A stretch of DNA of 63,951 nucleotides, filler included, from Stramenopiles sp. TOSAG23-3 (lineage: Eukaryota), in assembly GCA_900128585.1 (NCBI GenBank). It is 4 parts of 4 records of this genome, joined end to end, with 100 filler letters (N's around TTAATTAATTAA, not from the genome) between each part and the next. Parts side by side here need not be neighbours in the genome. Positions count along the whole stretch, not along the records: positions 32,279 to 48,298 come from LT642502.1; positions 48,399 to 63,951 come from LT642517.1; 2 more parts are not named here. One strand, given 5' to 3'. This document shows positions 44,226 through 53,986 of this stretch, in pieces. Position numbers and translations under genes: made by a program. The notes under the pieces were generated by a model. That model made no database searches. It was given only the letters and a program-made list of their open reading frames with translations, and was not told where the DNA came from. The stretch's first letter is position 1, and the number at the start of each line of letters is the position of its first letter.

Positions 44226-45742
44226 TCAAAGCCTTGGGCGAATCAACGCGTACCCGAAGAGTGCGGCAGCAACGGCCTGCAGCGTTTTTTTCTGGAACGG
44301 CGTTACAAACCCAGTGATAAGCATTTTGACAGCTATGTCGTACAGCGAGCTTCCTGGGTACGGCGGGCCCAACATGGAACCCTTGATGAACCGGGTGTCT
44401 TTTCTAAAAACGGGCTCCCGTAATAACCCATTCCCGACTCGCCGATCCCTCCAAATGGCAACGACTCATTCGCTACGTGGGACACCGTGTCGTTGACGCA
44501 AACGCCACCGCTTTGGGTGTTGTTCAAGACGTATTCGATGTTTTTGTCGCTCTCCGAAAACATGTACAACGCCAAGGGGGAGTCACATACTTGCTGAATT
44601 TTTTCAATGGCCTCTGGGATCGTTCGAAACGTCTGAATTACTAGAACGGGTCCAAATATTTCCTCGTTCATCACTCGGTCTTCAAAGTCTGGGCCGACGA
44701 GCAACGTCGGGGGGACGTACTGAGATCCCGCATCGATTGTGTCCGCGCCACCCAGCACGACGCTTCCAGACGACTCGTCGATCAGCCCTTGGATACGGGT
44801 CGCGTGCCGAGGGTGGATGATCTTGCCCCAGTTCTTGTGCTTCTTCGGGTCTGCGCCAAATCCGCGGGCGAGCAGCGCCTTCGATTTTTCGATGAACGCT
44901 TGGCGCTTGCTCTCGTGTACAAGGACGTAATCGGGCGCAACGCACGTCTGCCCCTGGTTCAACCACTTCCCGCTTGCGACCCTCTTTACGGCAACGTTCA
45001 AGTCTGCAGTCTCGTCGATGATTACTGGGGACTTTCCACCCAGCTCTAACGTGCACGGGGTCAAGTGCTTCGCGGCAGCTTGCAGAACAATTTGTGCGAC
45101 CGCGCCGTTCCCCGTGTATATGATGTGGTCCCATCGTTGCCTTAGCAACGCCGTGGTCTCCGCGACGGCCCCATTGACAACTTTAAAGCAAGTAGGGTCC
45201 ATGTACCGGGGGACAAGTTCCTCGATCAATTTTGCACAATTCACGGAGAGTTCAGACGGTTTAATTACGCAACAGTTACCCGCGGCAATTATGTAGGCCA
45301 ACGGGCGAAAGACGAGAGAGATCGGGTAGTTCCACGGTGCAATGAGCAGCATGGTCCCTTTCGGCTCTTTGCGCACGTATGACCTTCCCAGGATAGGGTT
45401 TTCGTGCTTCACTGACTCTTCCGCGGACCATGCGTCCAAGTTATCGAGGCAAAGCTGCGCACTACCCGCTTGAATGAGGTCGCCAATTCCTCGAATCTTT
45501 GGCCCTCCCAGGTCGGCCAAAACAGCTGCCGTAATACGCTCGTGATTTTCAGCGCACATGCGAATCATGGCACGGAGCTGGTCCTTCCGCCATTCCAACG
45601 ATTTCGTCTTCCCTGACTTGAAAGAGGCCCGAACCTCGTTCGCAAGGTCCGTGTAGTCAAAGTCTTCGCTGTGGGACGCGTCGACAATGCTGTCGCGAAC
45701 CCCTGCTAGCCCAGCTGTCGTCGCCGGTGCGTGCGTGGTCAT
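44226..45742 (-). CDS. Class 3 (fatty) aldehyde dehydrogenase with a frameshifting deletion near 44418; the native C-terminus lies in another frame ending at 44226
   Basis: Motifs IAPWNYP, KPSE, YTGNG, LELGGKSP, GQTCVAPDY, EEIFGP and LPFGGIGESGMG. A shifted frame continues PVFRKDTRF...GPPYP...LIRPRL*. Confidence 0.88.
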
Positions 45743-46153
45743 CGTTTGTGGTTCTTTTAAAGTAAACTTTACTGAATGCGATGGAATATTTAATATGCGC
45801 GTATGTGTTCAAAACCAGACGTATCCACTAAAATTTTCGTTATTGAATTCAGATGATGAGATTAGATCTTTATTTTCACGTATTCAATTTTACAAATTTA
45901 AAAAAAAATGTATTTTTTTTTATTATAATAATTTATTACTATGCACCACCACACAAACCAACCCACCACCCCCCAGAGGAAGAAGAAAAAGAAGAAGAAG
46001 AAGAAGAAGAAGAAGAAGAAGAAGAAGAAGAAGAAGAAGAAGAAGAAGAAGAAGANNNNNNNNNNNNNNNNNNNNNNNNNNNNNNNNNNNNNNNNNNNNN
46101 NNNNNNNNNNNNNNNNNNNNNNNNNNNNNNNNNNNNNNNNNNNNNNNNNNNNN

Positions 46154-46189
<36 letters not shown>

Positions 46190-46448
46190 AGAAGAGGAGG
46201 CCATCCATCATCATATCCAAGAGCCAAGAGCCCTATATTATTTTATCCATATTGTCATTTATAATAAAGGTTTTAATGGTCTTTGTTACTTTTTGTATTC
46301 GTATATATAGTAGTAGAATAAGTATAACAACCTCCTATATTTTTGTTTTTTTATTAATAGTAGATAGAGAAAATAATAATAGTCTAATAATAAATATTAT
46401 CATAGCACTAATACAACAACCATTCAAAAAAAAGGAAATGAAATTTTT

Positions 46449-47873
46449 TTAGTTCAAGTCACTTTTGTTTCGGTGACGTCTTAGTTGATCTTCAATGAGA
46501 AGTTCCTCCGTTTCCTTCAATTTGAAGTTTCGCTGGGACCCTTCGTCCTCTTCTTCGTACTGGCAAAATGGTAGGCGGACGACCTTGTAGTAAATGAACG
46601 TTCCGACGATCATGACGGCAAACCCGATCAGTTGGATGTAGCTGGACTCTGGATTCCACTTTTCCCCGTACTGACTGGTCGTGTAAAACAAGACCAAGTC
46701 GAGGGACCACACGATGATGGTTCGGCACGCGTCGATCAAACACCTGTGCACCGAGGACAAAGACTTGGCAACGGCAAGCCCGCAGAAGTTGTAAAATGCT
46801 ATGCTAATCCAGTACGCGCCAACGAGGGATGCGAGCCTGAAATTGCTAGAGAGCATTTCCGCCGCATCGATGGGATCCTCGTGGCTACCGCCCCCATCCA
46901 ACCCAGGCGTCGCAAACCCGACCACCGGGAGGACGACCGTGAGCATGACAATGATGCCGAACATACCTTCGCACCCAACCACGAACTCGGGGGGGAGCTT
47001 TCGGCCTTTCAAGAACTTTTCCTCGACAACCATTTGGGTCGCGGACATGAGCTGCGACAAGATCACCATGATGTTTCCAATGAATACCATGCTGCTGGCA
47101 CTGCTGGCGGTGGACGTCGACCCCCCGGCCCCAATAATCGACGATATCCCGACAAGCGTCACCCCGGCGATGGTCAGGGACAGGCCCAAGTAATGGTACC
47201 CCATCAACTTTCGTTTCAAAAAGATGACGGACAAAATTGCGGTGAACACGATGATGCTACCTCGAAGCATTTGAAAAACAGACGCGCTCGTGAACAAAAG
47301 TCCTATCCCAGAGAGGGTCGTCCCACCAATGTCGCAGAACGCTGGCAAGATGCAAATAAGGGACGACGAGCAAGTGATCGTTGCGTACGCTTCGTTCTTG
47401 TCCGAGGCCTGCTTTCCCCGGCGGTGCACGGGGGAGAACAGGCTGGAGCCCGGGGACAAAAGGTTCGTTTGCATGCCCTCGTTGGCCACCATCACCTCGT
47501 CCCTCTTTAAGCTGTTCAAGTACTGCCTTCGCTTGTAAAAGAACGCGAACAGGCACATAAACTCGCCGGTGAACATGACAAGAGTCTGGGTCCACGGCTT
47601 CTTGAAACGGTGATAACCTGAAGCGCACGGCGTTCTGCACTCCCCGACCGGGCACGTCTTTCCGTCCGGTGCGGCGTGGCTTGGGCCGCAGTACCCAGCC
47701 GCACAAAGCGTTACGTCCTCGTTTGGCAAGAATGATTTGCCGCACGTGCTGTACCCCATCTTTTTGCTGACAGTGTTGATGCTCCCAGTCACAAGCATAC
47801 CGACGACCAGCATGACTTGGAACCACCGACTGTTCCCTTGTCCATTGTTAGTATCACCTCCACCGCCTGCCAT
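46449..47873 (-). CDS. SLC35F6-like nucleotide-sugar transporter-family (DMT) protein
   Basis: MLVTGSINT, FKKPWTQTLVMFTGE..CL, PAFCD, ASVFQMLRGS, QMVVEEK, VGCEG.FG, SIAFYN..GL.V.K.LS and DACRT. Confidence 0.88.
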   Translation of the reverse strand: MAGGGGDTNNGQGNSRWFQVMLVVGMLVTGSINTVSKKMGYSTCGKSFLPNEDVTLCAAGYCGPSHAAPDGKTCPVGECRTPCASGYHRFKKPWTQTLVMFTGEFMCLFAFFYKRRQYLNSLKRDEVMVANEGMQTNLLSPGSSLFSPVHRRGKQASDKNEAYATITCSSSLICILPAFCDIGGTTLSGIGLLFTSASVFQMLRGSIIVFTAILSVIFLKRKLMGYHYLGLSLTIAGVTLVGISSIIGAGGSTSTASSASSMVFIGNIMVILSQLMSATQMVVEEKFLKGRKLPPEFVVGCEGMFGIIVMLTVVLPVVGFATPGLDGGGSHEDPIDAAEMLSSNFRLASLVGAYWISIAFYNFCGLAVAKSLSSVHRCLIDACRTIIVWSLDLVLFYTTSQYGEKWNPESSYIQLIGFAVMIVGTFIYYKVVRLPFCQYEEEDEGSQRNFKLKETEELLIEDQLRRHRNKSDLN

Positions 47874-48298
47874 GTTTCGTCGTTTTTGTCGCTTGAAGAC
47901 TTCGTAGTCAGTACACGCAATATAACCCAAACGTGTTTTGTTTATGTTTCAAAAGAACGTGTTGGTATCCACTGTTCAGCTATGTTCCGTTCCGTTTTTT
48001 TATCTTTGCATACTCTATTCATCGCATTACTGCTATATTCTTTAGCTTTATTGTTAATCATCATAATCAAGACCCTTTTGTTTCCTTCTTCATCACATAC
48101 TTTTTTTTTGCAAACAACAACATTACACAGTATAGGAATACGTTTTATACCGTACGGTAATAGTAAAAAACGAAGAAGAAGAAAGAGAAGAAGAAGTTTG
48201 GATCATTTTTTTTTTTAAAATAATAAAATGGAATGGCTTATTTATTATCCTTATTTTCCTCCTGACTCCTTCCTTCTCTTCTTTCCTTCCCTTCTTTC

Positions 48299-48398
48299 NN
48301 NNNNNNNNNNNNNNNNNNNNNNNNNNNNNNNNNNNNNNNNNNTTAATTAATTAANNNNNNNNNNNNNNNNNNNNNNNNNNNNNNNNNNNNNNNNNNNN
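48299..48398. other. Artificial scaffold linker
   Basis: N44-TTAATTAATTAA-N44. Confidence 0.95.
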
Positions 48399-48795
48399 TC
48401 TTTTCTTCTTTTCTTCTTTTCTTCTTTTCTTCTTTTCTTCTTTTCTTCTTTTCTTCTTTTCTTCTTTTCTTCTTTTTTTCTTCTTCTTCTTTTCTTCTTC
48501 TTTTCTTCTTTTCTTCTTTTTTTCTTCTTTTCTTCTTTTCTTTTTTTCTTCTCTTATTTTTTCTTCCTCTCTCTCTCCTTTTACTGCTGCCTAATTCTGC
48601 TGGGGCCAGTTCGCGTTGTCTTTGTTGTCGTCATCATCATTCTTCTTCTTCATCTTCTTCTTCTTCTTCATCTATCAAATTATTGTTGGTGGTACGATTT
48701 TGTTCAATTTGCACCCATTTTATTGAAACTAAAATTGTGTTCCACCACCAACCGAAGCCGTGCACCGAAAAAAGTCGCAGGGCATATACAATATC

Positions 48796-50034
48796 ATGTC
48801 TGTAATAAAAAGAAGAAGAGATTTCTTTGTTTGCTCCGCTGTTGGGTTTCTTTGGTTGTTATCGTGTAGTGTTGGCCAACAGCTGATTAAAATCGAGGAC
48901 CCAAATGCAAGATGTTTGGACGGTTCTCCTTACATATTTTATATATCTCCGGGCGACACATCCGAATTTTCTATAGGTATTCAAGGAGGGGGCTGGTGCT
49001 TGACTGAAGAGCTTTGCAAAGAAAGAACATTAACTGCTTTGGGAAGTTCGAAAGGCTACAATATAAGTGGAACTTGGGGTCCTACAAAAGATAATTTAAA
49101 TGGTAGCCCTGTTGAGTGGACTTGTCAAGGTCTTCAAAACAACTGCACCAGAGTTTATCTGCCCTACTGTGATGGCAGCTGCTTTACATCACAAAATTCA
49201 TCCGGTGATTTGCTAAAAATGGGATTACATTTTCGCGGGCGAAGTAATTTTGAAAGAACAATTGATATTTTGGAGAACCGTTTTGAATTTGCAAAAGCGA
49301 AGAAAGTGGTTTTATATGGGGGAAGTGCAGGTGGACTGTCTACATTTCTACATGTAGATTATGTTGCTGATCGGCTAAACGCAGCAGCAAGCAGAAACGC
49401 ACCAAGCCTCGACTACAAAAGCAATGCGGTAGTTGTTGGTAGACCCGTAGCTGGTTTTTTTATCAGCGAAGAAAATTTTAATCCATCGATCCCGAGCTAT
49501 GCCGAGCAAGTAAAATATGGTGTGCAGATGTTCAATAGTACTTTATCTTTGAATACAAAATGCCTTTCAACATATCCTGGGGAAGAATGGAAATGTTGGA
49601 TGGTGCACTACATGGCACCATTTGTCCGCCAGCGAATGTTTATTGTACAAAGCCGGTTTGATGAATTTCAGCTAATGAAGCTCCTCGGACTACCATGTTT
49701 TGAAAAGCAATCTTATCTGCCACCATTTAAACGAAGCAATTGCACTTCTGCGGAAAATTCGATGATCGTTGCTTTTGGATCACGGCTAAAGAAACTGTTA
49801 ATGGCATACCTCAGCAAAAAGCCGAAAAACGGTCTTTGGCTGGTATCATGCATACAACATAATGTGGTTTGCAATATGCACAATACAAAGGAAGAATTAG
49901 CGTTTCAAAGCTGGCTGGATGGTGGTGAACTTGGAAGAGACATTGGGTACCGATGGGTTGATGACTGTGGCAAAGAAAAAAATGGCAACACCCCATGTAA
50001 CAAAGGCGCCTACTGTGCCCCTCCTCATTTTTAA
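48796..50034 (+). CDS. Secreted pectinacetylesterase/Notum-family carboxylesterase
   Basis: Signal-like N-terminus, ARCLDGSP, QGGGWC, YLPYCDGS, LHFRG, GGSAGG (nucleophile), FD..Q and SCIQH. Confidence 0.9.
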   Translation: MSVIKRRRDFFVCSAVGFLWLLSCSVGQQLIKIEDPNARCLDGSPYIFYISPGDTSEFSIGIQGGGWCLTEELCKERTLTALGSSKGYNISGTWGPTKDNLNGSPVEWTCQGLQNNCTRVYLPYCDGSCFTSQNSSGDLLKMGLHFRGRSNFERTIDILENRFEFAKAKKVVLYGGSAGGLSTFLHVDYVADRLNAAASRNAPSLDYKSNAVVVGRPVAGFFISEENFNPSIPSYAEQVKYGVQMFNSTLSLNTKCLSTYPGEEWKCWMVHYMAPFVRQRMFIVQSRFDEFQLMKLLGLPCFEKQSYLPPFKRSNCTSAENSMIVAFGSRLKKLLMAYLSKKPKNGLWLVSCIQHNVVCNMHNTKEELAFQSWLDGGELGRDIGYRWVDDCGKEKNGNTPCNKGAYCAPPHF

Positions 50035-50266
50035 ATTATTTAGAACAACAACTAAGAGTTACCCGCACCTGCTGGTACAGGAATCGGAGACACAGCATAG
50101 TTCTCAACCACTTGATCAAGTTAATAATGGAACACCACCAGACGAGATGGTACGAAGTTTTGAAGATTATAATTGGGAACTGGGTCGAATGATACGATAT
50201 CGTAGTTAAGTGATATGAATTTTAGCAGTTGCAAAATTAGATCAGTTTTACAATTGGGATAATCTT

Positions 50267-50550
50267 GAGAGTGTCTTAAACCATACTATATCATTTGTTT
50301 TTTTATCTAAATTTGTTTTCTTATATTTTTATCCAGATAAAAAAACCAAAATATATAGTATGTTTTAAGACTCTCATTTTAAATCAAATACTAACTTCAA
50401 ACCCAACCCTAATCCTATCTCGATTTTTTAGTTATCCAGATAAATATTTTAATTACTTAAATAACAGCCAATTTTCTTGTTTTTTTACTTAAATAACAGC
50501 CAATTTTCTTGTTTTTATTAAAAATAACAGCCAATTTTCTTGTTTTTAAA
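50267..50550. repeat. Composite copy of the convergent-intergenic repeat: imperfect inverted repeat 50267-50375, CCCTAATCCTA module and three tandem motif-A units
   Basis: aaataacagccaattttcttgttttt three times at ~50459-50547. aaaaaccaaaatatatagtatgttttaagactct (50341-50374) is the reverse complement of ~21805-21838. Confidence 0.85.
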
Positions 50551-50721
50551 TATTGATACGTTCCAAGATGAGCTTTCATAGAGGTGATCTCTGATATGTG
50601 ATTAAATGAAAAAGAATTAATAATGTTTGGTGGCGTGGTATGTACGATCTGTCCAGTTCGCTCCGATTTCGTTGACACTTGCTCGCTCATGCACGAGACG
50701 TCATTGATGCCTCCGATTTTC

Positions 50722-52350
50722 TTACTCTGAAGGGGTCACCTCCTCGATGGCCGGGCCGTCGTCGGACTTGCTATTGCCCTCGCTTGAACCTGCCGCGTTC
50801 TGTTCCAAAGCCGTCACGTGGCCTATGTTTGCCGTCAGGTCGGACAGGTTTTCATCATCATCGAAATCATCATCCTCGTCTTCCTCCGCGTTGTCGCCCG
50901 TGAGCCCGCCAAGCGCCATGAGCTTTGCCAGGTCCAGCGACCCAAAATCTCCATCTTCACCCCCACTAGCGCCACGGAACGACGACAAGATCTTTGCCAA
51001 ATTGTTCCATATGTCACCTTGGTCGATCTCTTCGTGCATCGCCATGGCCTGCGGCGGCGGACCACCAATCTGTCTGGCGTGCAGCTCGAGGAGAACTTTC
51101 AGTTGGGTCTCTACGAAGGAATCCCACGCTTTGTTCCCGCTCACGTGCTCGGACACAAAGGACTTGTCCCCAGCGGCCGCAACGTTGTTCACCACGGTAG
51201 AAATTTGGGTCAGGGCCCCCATGTACGGTCGCCCCCGAGACTTGTCTTTCGCTTTGTCGGCGTCGTTGTCCTCCCAGGCCTCCATGATGCGTTCGAGCAG
51301 GTTGCACTTCACTAGCAACGACTCTTGGAGGGGCACGTGCTGACCTTCCAGTGCAGTGATGGCGCAGGAGGCCACCGCGTTGTGCAAGATATTGTTGCAG
51401 TCGTACTTGAAAAATAAATCTATCAACATTGGGAGCAGCCCAAGGTCCACGACCTCCTGGTCCAGCGACTCTGCGCGGAAGCGCAGCAGTTCCGCGAGCA
51501 TCCCCGCGACCTTGACGCGAAGGATGCCGCAGCGGGGCTTCAACTCCCCGCAGGTGGTCACCAAGTCCGATGGCAGCGACCCGACGGCCTCGACGGGGTC
51601 CGCGGCGCCGGAGGCTTCCCCGTCCGTCGCGCTTGGCTTCCCGGGCACGTGCAGTTTCGGAGTCTCTCCTAGGACCACTTTGAATTTCGGCAGGAGCCGC
51701 TTCAGCACGGCCAGGAGGTCCTCCGATAGGCCGCACTGCTCATCGTCTATGTCAACGTTTTCTGCCAAAATTGTTTGTACATTTTCGAACTGTTCGCACA
51801 GTTCAAAAAGGGTCAAAGGTTTGGTATCCTTCGCCTCATTGCTGCCTTCGGCGCCCCCTTCCCCGCCGTCCTTCCCCTCCGCCGCACCACTATCAACGAC
51901 GGCCAAGTTGCTCCGTCGGTCCAACGCGCCGCTGAGTTCCTCCACGTACGCAACCCACATTTGCTGCTGCTGCGCAGCCTCCTCTTCCAGCTCCTGCGGG
52001 GTTCTATCTTGCATCTTAAACCCACCGAATTGCCCCCCGGCATCGCCAGATAGGTTCCACATACCACGCCCGGAGGCGTCCAGCCCCCCAAGAACACCTT
52101 GAAAATCGGTTTCTTCCTCCTCTTCCGCGTTGTCGGCGGCCGCGTCCTCCTCTTCTTCGGCGGCTCCGTCGGCAGCGTCCCCGTCCATGGGCGGGGTTGC
52201 GGCCTCGCTCGCCAGGGCCGTACCCTCGCCATCTTTCCCTTCCTTCCCATTCGCCGCGCTTTTGTTCTCCTCGTTGTACTTGTTCCCAAAGTCCGTGTTG
52301 TCAAGGGCGTCGTCCGCTAAGTTTTCAAGCGAAGACGTAGGCTCTGCCAT
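50722..52350 (-). CDS. SAPS / PP6 regulatory subunit-like protein (C-terminal half of the SAPS domain, acidic termini)
   Basis: GILRVKVA.MLAELL, LIDLFFKYDCNNILHNAV, LL..CNLLERIMEAW, RPYMGALTQIS and W..FVETQL. Confidence 0.78.
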   Translation of the reverse strand: MAEPTSSLENLADDALDNTDFGNKYNEENKSAANGKEGKDGEGTALASEAATPPMDGDAADGAAEEEEDAAADNAEEEEETDFQGVLGGLDASGRGMWNLSGDAGGQFGGFKMQDRTPQELEEEAAQQQQMWVAYVEELSGALDRRSNLAVVDSGAAEGKDGGEGGAEGSNEAKDTKPLTLFELCEQFENVQTILAENVDIDDEQCGLSEDLLAVLKRLLPKFKVVLGETPKLHVPGKPSATDGEASGAADPVEAVGSLPSDLVTTCGELKPRCGILRVKVAGMLAELLRFRAESLDQEVVDLGLLPMLIDLFFKYDCNNILHNAVASCAITALEGQHVPLQESLLVKCNLLERIMEAWEDNDADKAKDKSRGRPYMGALTQISTVVNNVAAAGDKSFVSEHVSGNKAWDSFVETQLKVLLELHARQIGGPPPQAMAMHEEIDQGDIWNNLAKILSSFRGASGGEDGDFGSLDLAKLMALGGLTGDNAEEDEDDDFDDDENLSDLTANIGHVTALEQNAAGSSEGNSKSDDGPAIEEVTPSE

Positions 52351-52662
52351 GGCTCTCTTGGTAATACGGTAGGTTGGAAGAAACAAATGCAATCGCACAC
52401 ACACAGACACACACACACACACACAAAGTATAGAGTCTATGAAACGATACTTCACTTGGTATGTTAAAGAATGTTAGCAATTTCATACAAATTAGTAACG
52501 TCTAATCCACTTTCCCTTCCTTTCCGGATTCATCATGCAATTTGATTTTTATATTTTATTCAATTAAAAAAATACAATAATAGACGACGACGACTACTAC
52601 ACTGTGTAAAAAAAATTAATTTTTCAAATAATCTTCTTCTATCATCTCAGCCAGCAGCCAGC

Positions 52663-52995
52663 AGAAGAAGAAGAAGAAGAAAGAAGAAGAAGAAGAAGAA
52701 GAAGAAGAAGAAGAAAGAAGAAAGAAGAAGAAGAAGAAAGAAGAAGAAGAAGAAGAAGAAAGAAGAAGAAGAAGAAGAAAGAAGAAGAAAGAAGAAGAAG
52801 AAGAAGAAAAAAGAAGCCTCCCTTCCTTCTTTCCTTCCTTTCCTTCCTTCCTTCTTTCCTTCCTTTCCTTCCTTCCTTCCTTCCTTCCTTCCTTCCTTCC
52901 TTCCTTCCTTCCTTCCTGTTTCTTCCTTTCCTTCCTTCCTTCCTTCCTTCCTGTTTCTTCCTGTTTCTTCCTTCCTTCCTTCCTGTTTCTTCCTC
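52663..52995. repeat. (GAA)n tract abutting a (CCTT)n tract
   Basis: Read directly. The purine-to-pyrimidine switch is near 52817. Confidence 0.9.
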
Positions 52996-53986
52996 TGCTA
53001 CTATTTTAAGTATTAATAGCTATATATTTATAATTATTTCTTGACAACTAAAAGCTTTAATTAAATTATATAGAATATGATGGTCCTGCTGAAGTAGAAT
53101 AAGTCTCCACTGATATTTTATAGATGGGATGGGATATAAATGCTTAAATTGCAAATTTAAGATCCTTGATTCATCTTTTTTAGGAACCATTCAATAAATA
53201 AATTAAAGTCGTTCTATTTATATATAGGAATATAATTGGAATAATAGTACTAACTCCTACCATTCAATCTACGAAAAATAAAAAAGAAGAATTTGAAATA
53301 AAGATAAAAAAAAAAGACGAATTAATTTAAAGGATTTATAATAGATAATTAAACCTATTCTATGATTTTAAAAAAGAATTTATTATAATGAATAATATTA
53401 ACCTTAAATATATAATTAAATGGTATATACCTGTTAGACGACTTATCTTCCACTTTGCTCCTAAAAATACTGTTGTTTAGCTGTAATACGTTCAACGCTG
53501 TCGTCTGTAATATTATTAATACAATAATAGCTTTTTCAAGCTTCCAGCTTCGGATTGAATGTAAAAGAAAAGATGACATTTCTTCATCGAAATTAGGACT
53601 CAAAATACTACAGTTCTCTTCTCTTCCTCTTCCCTTCCCTTCTCTTCTCTTCCCTTCCCTTCCTCTTCCCTTCTCTTCTCTTCTTCTCTTCTTCTCTTCT
53701 CCCATCTTCTACTTCTTGGTATTAGACTAATTATTAGATAATAATAAAAAAATAATAAAAAAAAATAACCGACAGAGGACGACTTGAAGAAAGACTGATA
53801 GTACTACTTTTTAATTACCTGTAGTAAAGGATTATGTATATATACATACGTTAATTTCTTTAAACACTGACAGGCGTGAATAAGGTTTACACATATTGTC
53901 ACAATTCACGCTGTACGTCTAGTCTTTGAAGAGGTTGTTTTTCTTGCGCATGCTTACTTGAGCAGTCGTCGATACCGTGCCTTCAT

